Source: an uncultured Methylomirabilota bacterium (GTDB taxonomy: Bacteria; Methylomirabilota; Methylomirabilia; Methylomirabilales; 2-02-FULL-66-22). Taken from it: DNA of 64,000 bases. The stretch is taken from contig CAWJSJ010000005.1 in the NCBI GenBank assembly GCA_963845565.1, forward strand, positions 952,818 through 1,016,817, written 5' to 3'. The notes under the pieces are model-generated. The model ran no database searches. It was not told the DNA's origin and saw only the letters and a list, made by a program, of their open reading frames with translations. Of the stretch, positions 29,366 through 38,594 are shown piece after piece. Every line of letters starts with the position of its first letter. Position 1 is the stretch's first letter. The translations under genes were made by a program, and so were the position numbers.

Positions 29366-30745
29366 CTATCGGAGGGCCGCCTTCGCCAGGCGGGAGCCGA
29401 CCTCCCAGATCGGTCCCGGCAGCCGGTGCGCCGCAGCGAGGACCTGATCGAAGGCCTCGACAAATCGGTCGGCATCGGCCTGGTTGAAGACCAGGGGCGG
29501 GATCAGCTTGATGATATCCCTGCCGTGGCCGGACACCTGGGCCAGGACGTGGTGGTCCATGATCAGGGGCACCAGAATCGACTGGCAGAAGAGATCCTGA
29601 TTGATCCCATGGATCATCTTCCAGCCGGTCTTCAGGGCGAGCGATCGGGGCTGCCCGAACTCGATGGCGATCATCAGACCCCGGCCCCGCACCTCCCGGA
29701 TGAGCTCGTACTTGGCCGCGAGGCCGCGCAGTCGGTCCACCAGGTACGCCCCCATCCGCGCGCTGTTCTCGACGAGACCCTCCTCCCGGAGCACCTCGAG
29801 GGTGGCCAGGCCGCAGACCGCGGCCAAGTCATTCTGCCCGAAGGTGGTGGAGTGGACCATGCACCGATCCAGGGAGGAAAAGACCTTGTCGTAGACCTTC
29901 CGCGGGTACAGGATGGCCCCGATCGGGCAGTAGCCGCCGGAGAGGGACTTCGAGAGCGCCATGATGTCGGGCACCACATTCCAGTGCTCGCAGGCGAAGA
30001 GCTTTCCCGTGCGGCCGAAACCGGTCTGGACCTCATCGGCGATCAGCAGGGTGCCATAGCGGGTACAGAGTTCCCGCGCTCGCGGCAGGAAGTCGTCCGG
30101 GGGGATAAACACCCCGTGGCCGATGACAGGCTCCACCACCAGCGCGGCCACATCGCCCCGCGACAGCTCAGCCTCCAGTCGCGTCGCATCGCCGAAGGGA
30201 ATCTCCGTCCCACCGGCGAGGATCGCCTCGTAATCCGACCGGAACTCCCGGCAGCCGTTGACGGCAAGGGTTCCGAGCGTCAGGCCGTGGTATCCATGGT
30301 CGCAGAAGAGATTCTTCCGTCTCCCGGTATAGGCGTGGGCGAACTTGAGTGCGCCGTCGACGGCCTCCGCCCCGGAGTTGCAGAAGAAGACCGTGTCGAG
30401 GCCCGGCGGGGCAAACTCGTCGACCAATTTCTTGGCGAGGAGGCCGGCTAGGAGCTGCGTTCCCATCTTCACCAGGTTGGGGCTGTCCAGGTCCAGGTAC
30501 TGGTGGATGGCCGCCTTGACCTTGGGATGGGACCGGCCCACGGCGAACACGCCGAAGCCCGAAAGCATATCCAGATAGTCGTTGCCCCGGTCGTCCCAGA
30601 GGTGGGACCCCTGCCCCCGCACATACACCGGGTCGAACCCGAGAATCTTCAGGACCTTGGCCATCTGGGGGTTGATATACCCGGAGAGCAACGAGAACTG
30701 CTCCCCCTGATGGCGCTGAATGATTTCGTGCAGGTCGAAGGACAT
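29366..30745 (-). CDS. hpnO: Class III aminotransferase, HpnO-like (aminobacteriohopanetriol synthase family)
   Basis: INPQMAKVLKILGFD, YLDMLSGFGVFAVGRSHP, FCNSGAEAV, DEVQTGFGRTG, SKSLSGG, VHSTTFG, IEFGQPRSL. Confidence 0.75.
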   Translation of the reverse strand: MSFDLHEIIQRHQGEQFSLLSGYINPQMAKVLKILGFDPVYVRGQGSHLWDDRGNDYLDMLSGFGVFAVGRSHPKVKAAIHQYLDLDSPNLVKMGTQLLAGLLAKKLVDEFAPPGLDTVFFCNSGAEAVDGALKFAHAYTGRRKNLFCDHGYHGLTLGTLAVNGCREFRSDYEAILAGGTEIPFGDATRLEAELSRGDVAALVVEPVIGHGVFIPPDDFLPRARELCTRYGTLLIADEVQTGFGRTGKLFACEHWNVVPDIMALSKSLSGGYCPIGAILYPRKVYDKVFSSLDRCMVHSTTFGQNDLAAVCGLATLEVLREEGLVENSARMGAYLVDRLRGLAAKYELIREVRGRGLMIAIEFGQPRSLALKTGWKMIHGINQDLFCQSILVPLIMDHHVLAQVSGHGRDIIKLIPPLVFNQADADRFVEAFDQVLAAAHRLPGPIWEVGSRLAKAALR

Positions 30746-31085
30746 GGAGACTCCGGCGAGTACTGCCGAGCACGCAAAAAACGAAAAAAAATCATAGCGG
30801 TCCGCCAAGACTCTGCCCGTTCCGGCAGGACGAGAGGTCCTGGCAAACCTCGCTCTAACCAAGCGCCGGTGATTATCGGCGGCCGAGCGAAGACCTGTCA
30901 AGCGGAAAGGAGGCTCACCGTATCGTGCCGACGCACTGGGGACGACGTCCGGTAGCGACGGCGGTGCGCGCGCCGTTCTCGAAACCATGCGTTGACACCT
31001 CTCCGTTGCCTCCAGTATAAGGGGTCGTGTCCGGCGCGCTCCACCGACCGGGACACGCGATTGAGAGCTCGCGCGAAGGCGTCTG

Positions 31086-31255
31086 CAGGCTGCTGAAAAA
31101 GGCCCATCTGCGGCGTTGGTTTGCCTCGGCACTCGCTGCGACGTACTTCCAGTACGCCTGGACCCAGCTGCGCTGGGTACCCCGGCCTCCGGCAAACCGC
31201 CTTGCATCCGGACCATTTTGAGCAGCCCGAGCGGAACGGATTTTTCAGCAGCCTG
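31086..31255 (-). mobile_element. Family A palindromic element copy 8
   Basis: CAGGCTGCTGAAAAAGGCCCATCTGCGGCGTTGG...TTTTTCAGCAGCCTG. Confidence 0.85.
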
Positions 31256-31309
31256 TTAGCGATGGATACGACCAATCTGGACCGGCACGACGCCTGATGA
31301 CGACTTGGG

Positions 31310-32465
31310 GTGACGGGTATGCTTGCAGTGATCGGCCACGTAGCCAAGAAGGAGTTCCGGCAGCTCCTGCGGGATCGCCGGAGCCTCGTCCTCATCCTGG
31401 TGATGCCGATCCTCCTCACGGTCCTCTTCGGCAAGGCGCTGGAGACCGGCGAACTCCGCAACATTTCTTCGGCGATCCTGAATCTGGACGGATCGCCGGA
31501 ATCCAACGTCATCGCCACCGCGTTCAGCACCTACGACGAGGTCCAGATCCGGCACGAGTTGACCTCCCTCGAGGAGGCCCAGGCCCTCCTGGCGCGGGGG
31601 AAGATCAAGGCGGCCATCGTCATTCCCCAAGGGATTCATGCGCCAGATCGAGTCGGGCGGGGAGGCACAGCTTCAATTGCTCCTGGATGGAACGGACAAC
31701 GCCTCGGCGCCGATCGTCGAGGGCGTGGCGAAGCGCGTCATCCAGCGCTACAACACCGAGCGGGCGGTCCGGGGTTTGTGGGCCCAGGGGGTCAAGCCCG
31801 CCCAGAGCCTGCGGTTGATCCAGCCCGTCTACGTGCAGACCGAGATTCGCTACAATCCGGGGCTACAGTTTCTCAGTTATGTCATGCCCGGCGTCATCGG
31901 CCTGACCCTGCAGCTCCTGACCGTGATGCTCATGGCCATCAGCATCACGCGAGAGCGGGAGCGGGGGACACTGGACCAGCTCATGGCGTCTCCCATCAGA
32001 CGGGCGGAGCTGATCCTGGGGAAGGTCCTTCCCTATTTCGGCATCTCGCTGGTCAACGTGGTCACCATCCTGTTCGTCGCCGATCGCTGGTTCAACGTGC
32101 CCGCAGGGGAGAACCTGCCACTCCTGCTCGCCCTGTGCTGCCTGTTCGTGCTGACCTCCTTGGCGACGGGACTGCTCATCTCGGCCGTGTCCCGTTCCCA
32201 GTTCCAGGCGGTCCAGATCGCCGTGTTCTACGTGTTGCCGGTTTTCTTGCTCTCCGGGGCCTTTGGCCATCTCGAGGCCATCCCGGCGTATATCCGACCC
32301 ATCTCTTACTTCTTTCCGCTGATGTATTTCTCCCGTTCCGTCCGGGCCGTCACCCTGCGCGCGGCCGACTTCGCCCAGGTGTCGAATGACCTGGCCGTCC
32401 TCTCGGGATTCGTCGTGATCCTCTTGTTCGGGGCCGTCCTGAGCTTCCGCAAACGCACCGCCTGA
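31310..32465 (+). CDS. ABC-2 type (YbhR/YbhS-like) exporter permease; apparent +1 frameshift in C4 run 31625-31628
   Basis: KEFRQLLRDRR in first frame; LLDGTD, RYNP, AISITRERERGTLDQL, GKVLPY in second; removing one C gives IPKGFMRQ. Confidence 0.85.
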
Positions 32466-32987
32466 GCAGAGACCGCATTCGCGCGACGGTCGTCTGTTAT
32501 GCAAGCAGAGTGGCGAGGGACACCCGCGTCCGCCACCCCGCACGCCGCATCCGCCATTTCGAATCGTCCGATTCACTGGGTGATTCGCCGGTCGTTGTTT
32601 GGAAACGCCAATCGAGTGGCGACGAGTTCGAGTCCTGAGTAGGGAACCGGTCAGGACTCGAACCGCGCCATCGCCACGGATCATGGACCGGCCGCCCCCG
32701 AAAGGTCGCCGTGGGCGAAGCCATCCCCTGGTGCGCCACAAGGGGAGCGGCTGTCACCACCGCCATGGATATGGTATATACGGCGGGAAGATTGGTCTCC
32801 AGACGAACGAGGTCGCGCCCAGCGCAGCATGCCGAAACGACGGACGAACGCACCAGCAGCTGGGACCAAGGCGGCGCGAGCCCGGTCCCGCGTCTCCCAA
32901 CACTCGACCCGCCGACCGCGCCGCCGGGCGGGCCGGGTCTCTGCGCTGCGGCGATTCACTCGGGCGTGCCGGCGGACGCTCAGCGCC

Positions 32988-33725
32988 ATGGGCACTCTGC
33001 CCTTGCCCCTCCGCGTGCTCGTCGGGGTAGTTGGCCTTCTGGCGGTGGGGGCGGTGATCAATGGGGGTTACCAGGTGCTCCGCAAGCCCGCCGAGTTGTT
33101 GTTTCCGGTCAGCGGCGTGCTTGCCAAACGCCCGCCCGAGACCTGGCGGACCTACGGTTCGCTCTTCCGCGCGCATGCGACCGCCGCCATCCCTCCAGAA
33201 CTGCTGGCCGCGCTTGCCCAGGTCGAAAGCAGCGGGGACCCCGTGGCGCGGCCCCCCTGGCGGTGGCGCCCGACGGCGCACCCCCTGGACTGGTACCGCC
33301 CGGCGTCGAGCGCGGTGGGCATGTACCAGATTACCGATGGGACGTTCGAGGCGGCGACGCGGTACTGCATCCACGACCACGTGGTGGTCGAGGACGGCCC
33401 CTGGGACGACCCGCGGTCGTGTTGGTTCAACCGGCTGTACACGCGCATCGTGCCGACCCATGCCATCGAGTTGACCGCCGCCTGGCTGGATCTGGGCGTC
33501 GCCCGAGCGTTAGCGGGTGCGCGCGGCGCGCGGGCCAGCCTCCAACAGCAACAGGATCTCGCCGCCGTGATCCATCTGTGCGGCGCCGGCGCAGGGGCCG
33601 CCTATGCGGCCCGGGGCTTCCGCCTGACACCCGGCCAGCAGTGCGGCGCGCACGACGTCCGTGCCTACCTCGTCCAGGTCGCCGCGTTGACGCGGCAGTT
33701 CGCACGTCTGGCGGCCGCCGGCTAA
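32988..33725 (+). CDS. Lytic transglycosylase (SLT-like) domain protein (start uncertain)
   Basis: TM anchor; LLAALAQVESSG catalytic ES motif, AVGMYQI. Confidence 0.75.
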   Translation: MGTLPLPLRVLVGVVGLLAVGAVINGGYQVLRKPAELLFPVSGVLAKRPPETWRTYGSLFRAHATAAIPPELLAALAQVESSGDPVARPPWRWRPTAHPLDWYRPASSAVGMYQITDGTFEAATRYCIHDHVVVEDGPWDDPRSCWFNRLYTRIVPTHAIELTAAWLDLGVARALAGARGARASLQQQQDLAAVIHLCGAGAGAAYAARGFRLTPGQQCGAHDVRAYLVQVAALTRQFARLAAAG

Positions 33726-33767
33726 CGGCGGGGTGCGCGGGGCCGTCCCGGCACGGAGGGACTCCTG

Positions 33768-34000
33768 ATGGCCGGACACGTCATCGGCCTCATCGCCGAT
33801 ACCCACGGTCTCCTGCGCCCCGAAGCGGTCCAGGCCCTCCGACGGGCCGAGCGGATCATACACGCGGGGGACATCGACACGCCCAACGTCCTCCACGCCC
33901 TCCAGGTCCTGGCCCGAGTCACGGCCGTCCGCGGCAACGCGGATACAGGGGGCTGGATGACGGGCCTCCCCCAGACGGCAACCCTGGCGATTGACTTGGT
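33768..34000 (+). pseudogene. Truncated YfcE-like metallophosphoesterase
   Basis: IGLIADTHG...IIHAGD...VRGNAD then similarity breaks where lower-GC sequence begins (~33990). Confidence 0.6.
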
Positions 34001-34356
34001 TCAAATTCCCAGCTCCCATGGTACCCGCTGGCCGTTCACCACAAGTGTTGATGGAGTGACGATACCTGGTGTGATTCCAACAAGTGGAGTAGTCTGAGGG
34101 TCGAGAAGAAACTTTCCACACTCAGTGCCGATCCATCGATGAACGGAACTTTCGAAACCAACCGGTGCATTTACGACTGCTCGCGCTCCGTCCCCGGCAA
34201 TTTTCGACACCTTTAATAGACGGCTGATATGGAAACCCGGCTGCCAAGGGGTGCATTTCAATGAGGGTCCTCTCTGCGACTGCCCCGCTAAGTCCGCGAG
34301 AGTGCGCAGCGCGTTCAAGGGTGTTAGGCCGACCTGGCATGGGCAGTGCCAATCGA

Positions 34357-35181
34357 ATGTACATACGACCGCTTCTGGCGTTAGCGTGCGCGCTAATCAC
34401 GCTTTGCATACCAGACGCAATTCAGGCCCAGGTTTCCGTGCGGGAGTTCTCACCAGCGCGAGCCACTATTGACGCCACTGGATTTGCGGGGACCGTCCTC
34501 GTCTACGATGCAAACCAGAACTCGTACGCGGCTGGGCACGCCGAGCGCATCGATCGCCGACTGATTCCGGCGTCGACGTTCAAGATTCTCAATTCCCTCG
34601 TGGCACTTGAGGCCGGCGTTATCGCCGACCAGCGCACAGTAATCAAGTGGGATGGAGTCGCCCGAGAGCGGACCGAGGTGAATCGGGACTTGGATCTCCA
34701 GGCGGCGTTTCGGTTGTCGGCGGTGCCGCACTACCAGGCGCTAGCCAGGCGTATTGGTCCCGAGCGGATGCAGCAGTTCATCGACGCGGTCGGTTACGGT
34801 AATCGAGACACCTCCGGTGGGATCGACACCTTCTGGTTGACCGGTGGGCTACGCATCTCAGCCCGAGAGCAGGTCGATTTCCTCCTCCGCCTGTGCCGAG
34901 GAAGTCTGCCGTTTTCGGCGGCGACGATGGCAATAGTCAAAGAGATGATGGTGACCGAACAAACGGCCGAGCACACCATCCGTGCGAAAACAGGATGGAC
35001 CACGCTACCGGAGGCCGCACATGTAGGCTGGTGGGTGGGATGGGTAGCGCGCAAGGCCGGAGTGCACATGTTTGCGACAGCCCTGGAAGCCACGGCGCCC
35101 GGTCCGACGTTTGGCCCCGCACGGCAAGCCGTGACTCGAAGAGTGCTCGAACAGCTTGCCGTTCTGAAATCCGCCCAATAG
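34357..35181 (+). CDS. Class D beta-lactamase / penicillin-binding serine hydrolase (OXA-like)
   Basis: Signal peptide; PASTFK, SAV, YGN, FWL, KTG, GWWVGW motifs. Confidence 0.88.
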   Translation: MYIRPLLALACALITLCIPDAIQAQVSVREFSPARATIDATGFAGTVLVYDANQNSYAAGHAERIDRRLIPASTFKILNSLVALEAGVIADQRTVIKWDGVARERTEVNRDLDLQAAFRLSAVPHYQALARRIGPERMQQFIDAVGYGNRDTSGGIDTFWLTGGLRISAREQVDFLLRLCRGSLPFSAATMAIVKEMMVTEQTAEHTIRAKTGWTTLPEAAHVGWWVGWVARKAGVHMFATALEATAPGPTFGPARQAVTRRVLEQLAVLKSAQ

Positions 35182-35244
35182 GACGGCTGCCAAGCCACTG
35201 CCGCCGATGGACGCCGCTCGCGGCTGAGCGGCGGGGGGTTCGCC
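35173..35244 (+). other. Degenerate attC-like recombination site
   Basis: GCCCAAT overlapping the stop...GCTGCCAAGC...GGCTGAGC...GTTCGCC; GTTAGGC core at 34323-34329 before the gene. Confidence 0.4.
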
Positions 35245-35351
35245 ATCACACCAGCGGTACCCTCTCCTCCCGGGGACCAGATCGTCCCCGCGTGTCGCGC
35301 ATATCGTTTGTTCGGTCCCGCGTCCGTTTCGTGGTGAGGGGATCGTCTCGC

Positions 35352-35386
35352 TTGACATCTGGACTCATGGTCTGATAGTAAGACCA
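35352..35386 (+). promoter_or_regulatory. Promoter with FadR-type operator-like palindrome
   Basis: TTGACA at 35352; TGGTCT-N7-AGACCA (35368-35386) overlapping the -10 region just before the regulator ATG. Confidence 0.55.
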
Positions 35387-35393
35387 ACAGCAT

Positions 35394-36200
35394 ATGTTCA
35401 CTCCAGTGAAAGCACGCAGCGTATCGGATGAGATCGTCGAACAGATGATCTCGGTCATCTGCAGCGGAAAGCTGGCCGCCGGGGCCAAGCTGCCCGCCGA
35501 GCGCGCGCTGTCCCAGGCGTTCGGTGTCGGCCGTCAGGCGCTACGCGAAGCCATCCAGAAGCTCCAGGGAATGGGGTTATTGGAGGTGCGAAAGCCCCAA
35601 GGAACCTTCGTGAAGGTCCTGACGACCGAGGCGCTCCATCAGTTCTTGACCCGAATCCTCAAGGGGGACGTGGGGAGCTTCCTGCACTTCCTGGACATCC
35701 GGAAGTGGATGGAGGCGATGACCGCCGCCGAGGCGGCGGAGCGGGCGACCGACGAGGATATCCGGCAGATCGAGGCCACGCTTCCCAGGCTGCGGCTGGC
35801 GGCGGCCCAGAACGATCGGGAATCCCTGGACGAGGCGGATGTCTCTTTCCACATGGCCATCGTCACGGCGACCCACAATAACCTCATGGCCCACCTGGTG
35901 GGGACCTTCGGGAGTCTGATGTGGTCGTCCCACGGCTTGCGGCTGGCCGTACTGCGGGCCCAGAATCTGGAGACGATCTATGAGGAGCACGCCGCGGTGT
36001 CCGCGGCGATCCAGCGGCGTACGCCGGCTCGTGCCCGAGATGCGATGCTGCACCACATCGAGATGATCCGCAGCCGGGTGGAGGGCATGTTCGGGCAGGG
36101 GGACACCGACGTTCCGGCGAACCGGATCCCGACCGTCGAGGGCGCAGGCGAACGGGGCGTCGCCACGTGGCGGGCCGTCGCGCCTCGTCCGGGCGGTTGA
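35394..36200 (+). CDS. FadR/GntR family transcriptional regulator (PdhR/LutR-like)
   Basis: KLPAERALSQAFGVGRQALREA wHTH; FCD domain D..FH..I..ATHN...EH. Confidence 0.92.
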   Translation: MFTPVKARSVSDEIVEQMISVICSGKLAAGAKLPAERALSQAFGVGRQALREAIQKLQGMGLLEVRKPQGTFVKVLTTEALHQFLTRILKGDVGSFLHFLDIRKWMEAMTAAEAAERATDEDIRQIEATLPRLRLAAAQNDRESLDEADVSFHMAIVTATHNNLMAHLVGTFGSLMWSSHGLRLAVLRAQNLETIYEEHAAVSAAIQRRTPARARDAMLHHIEMIRSRVEGMFGQGDTDVPANRIPTVEGAGERGVATWRAVAPRPGG

Positions 36201-36302
36201 GCCGTTGTCAAAGAATAACTTGACCAGAGAGATTCTGGAAACGGCATAAGGAGCCGTAACGAAATTATAACGATGGTCAAATTATTTCGTAACGGCTCCT
36301 AA
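36201..36302 (+). repeat. Family B double-hairpin element copy 1
   Basis: GCCGTTGTCAAAGAATAACTTGACC...AAACGGCA TAAGGAGCCGTAACGAAAT...ATTTCGTAACGGCTCCTAA. Confidence 0.82.
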
Positions 36303-36401
36303 GCCGACCCGTACCCGAAACCGCGATCGGACGCGGTCTGGTGTGAGGTGGGGCCGATGGACCCCACTCATCTTTCCTTTCTTAACCCGTCGAGGTGACC
36401 C

Positions 36402-37367
36402 ATGAAACCTTTGGACAAACCGTTGCTGTTGGAGATCTACCGCAAGATGGTGTCGGTGCGGACGTTCGAGGAGACCGCGGCAGACCTGTTCCTGAAGGGA
36501 CAGATCCCCGGCTTCCTCCATGTCTATGTCGGCGAGGAGGCGGTCGCCGCGGGCGTCATGGCGCACCTGACGGATCAGGATTTCATCTCCAGCACCCACC
36601 GCGGTCACGGCCACGCCGTGGCCAAGGGCGCGCGCCTCGACATGATGATGGCGGAGCTCTACGGCAAGAAGACCGGGTATTGCCACGGCAAGGGCGGCTC
36701 GATGCACATCGCCGACCTGGACCTCGGGATTCTGGGGGCGAACGGGATCGTCGGCGGCGGCATCCCGATCGCCACGGGCGCCGGCCTGGCGCTGAAGATG
36801 AAGGGCACGGACCGGGTCTGCGTCTGCTTCTTCGGCGACGGCGCGAGCAACACCGGCGCCTTTTACGAGGGGGTCAACCTGGCGGCGGTGTGGGGCTTGC
36901 CCGTGGTCTTCCTCTGCGAGAACAACCAGTACGCCGAGTCCACGCCGCGCGCCACCCACCAGAAAGTGAAGTACGTCTCCGATCGGGCCGCCGCCTTCAA
37001 CATCCCGGGCGTGTCCATGGATGGGATGGACGTCTTCGACGTCTACCAGAAGACCGGCGAGGCGATCGACCAGTGCCGCAAGGGCCAGGGGCCGATCCTC
37101 TTGGAGGCCCGCACCTACCGGTTCCTGGGCCACTTCGTGGGCGATCCGCAGCCCTACCGCACCAAGGACGAGGTGGAGGAGTGGAAGAAGCGGGACCCGA
37201 TCAAGATGTTCCGGGCGCGCGTGATCACGGAGGGGAAGATCACCGCCGCGGAGATGGATGCCATCGATGCCAAGATCACGACCGACATGGCCGCCGCCGT
37301 GGAGTTCGGCCGCACCAGCCCGGAGCCCGGGGTGGAGGTGGCGCTGCAGGACATCTTCACGCAATGA
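36402..37367 (+). CDS. TPP-dependent 2-oxoacid/acetoin dehydrogenase E1 alpha
   Basis: HVYVGEEA, STHRGHGH, GKGGSMH, FFGDGA...ENNQY, TYRFLGH. Confidence 0.93.
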   Translation: MKPLDKPLLLEIYRKMVSVRTFEETAADLFLKGQIPGFLHVYVGEEAVAAGVMAHLTDQDFISSTHRGHGHAVAKGARLDMMMAELYGKKTGYCHGKGGSMHIADLDLGILGANGIVGGGIPIATGAGLALKMKGTDRVCVCFFGDGASNTGAFYEGVNLAAVWGLPVVFLCENNQYAESTPRATHQKVKYVSDRAAAFNIPGVSMDGMDVFDVYQKTGEAIDQCRKGQGPILLEARTYRFLGHFVGDPQPYRTKDEVEEWKKRDPIKMFRARVITEGKITAAEMDAIDAKITTDMAAAVEFGRTSPEPGVEVALQDIFTQ

Positions 37368-37421
37368 CCGCTGACTATTAACCGATGACCATTGCCATTC
37401 AGTGGTCAATTGGAGGATGCC

Positions 37422-38396
37422 ATGCGCAAGATCACCTATCGTGAAGCAGTCATTGAGGCGTTGCGGGAAGAGTTGCAGCGCGACCCGTCGGTGTACCTGC
37501 TCGGTGAGGACATCGCGGAGTTCGGCGGCAGCTACAAGACCACCGTGGGGCTCCTGCAGGAGTTCGGCAAGGAGCGGGTGCGGAACACGCCCATCTCCGA
37601 GGCGGCGATCATCGGCTGCGCCCTGGGCTCCGCCCTGTTGGGGATGCGGCCGGTCGCGGAGTTGATGTACGTCGACTTCGCCGGAATCGCCATGGACCAG
37701 ATCGCCAACCAGACGGCGAAGGTCAAGTACATGTTCGGCGGAAAAGCCAAGGTGCCGGTCACGATCCGGACCCAGGGCGGCACCGGCCGTTCGTCCGCGG
37801 CTCAGCACGCGCAGAGCCTGGAGGCCTGGTTCCTTCACGTGCCCGGCTTGAAGGTCGTCATGCCATCGAACGCCTACGACCTGAAGGGCCTCCTCAAGGC
37901 GTCCATCCGGGACGACAATCCCGTCCTCTTCATCGAACACAAGCTGCTCTACGCGACCAGCTGCGAAATCCCCGAGGAGGAGTACGTTCTGCCCCTCGGC
38001 AAGGCGGATGTCAAGCGCCAAGGGAAGGACGTGACGATTGTCGCGAACTCACGGATGGTGCAGCTCTCTCTGGCGGCGGCGGATCGGCTGGCGGCGGAGG
38101 GGATCGAGTGCGAGGTGATCGACCCCATGACGCTGGCCCCCCTGGATGAGGAGACGATCCTGAACTCCGTGGGGAAGACCAACAAGCTGGTGGTGGTCTG
38201 CGAGGCGGCGCCCCACTGCAGCTTTGCCTCCGAGGTGGCGGCGATCGTGGCCGAGAAGGGCTTCGACCTGCTGGACGCGCCGATCATCCGGGTCACCTCC
38301 ATGCACACCCCGATCCCGTTCGCGCCCAAGCTGGAGAAGTTCGTGACCGTGAGCGAGGAGAAGATCATGGCGGGCGTCAAGACCGTCTTGGGATAG
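37422..38396 (+). CDS. 2-oxoacid/acetoin dehydrogenase E1 beta
   Basis: LGEDI, RVRNTPISE, DQIANQ, AAQHAQS, DDNPVLFIEHK. Confidence 0.93.
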   Translation: MRKITYREAVIEALREELQRDPSVYLLGEDIAEFGGSYKTTVGLLQEFGKERVRNTPISEAAIIGCALGSALLGMRPVAELMYVDFAGIAMDQIANQTAKVKYMFGGKAKVPVTIRTQGGTGRSSAAQHAQSLEAWFLHVPGLKVVMPSNAYDLKGLLKASIRDDNPVLFIEHKLLYATSCEIPEEEYVLPLGKADVKRQGKDVTIVANSRMVQLSLAAADRLAAEGIECEVIDPMTLAPLDEETILNSVGKTNKLVVVCEAAPHCSFASEVAAIVAEKGFDLLDAPIIRVTSMHTPIPFAPKLEKFVTVSEEKIMAGVKTVLG

Positions 38397-38594
38397 GCCG
38401 TTCGCCGGATGCTGCAGCCGCCGGCCCCGACCCAGGGGCCGGCCGGTCTGTACGGTCCCCCGAACTTCTGCGGGGGGCCTTGACAGTCTGTGGCGGCGGG
38501 GGCAATAATCCTCGGACAGTCTGGGCCAGGGGTCCGGCGGTCCTGCACCGAGCAATGTGCCTGCCGACGCACGGAATTTTCACGAGGAGCCTAC

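Noticed and set aside
1141..31255. Family A copies as a CRISPR array or as attC sites
   Set aside because: They are dispersed, in both orientations, 140-190 bp long, with no regular spacers and no consistent RYYYAAC/GTTRRRY cassette layout.
34001..34318. Minus-strand 105-aa ORF in the lower-GC patch
   Set aside because: No recognisable motif or RBS; possibly the 3' fragment of a foreign gene.
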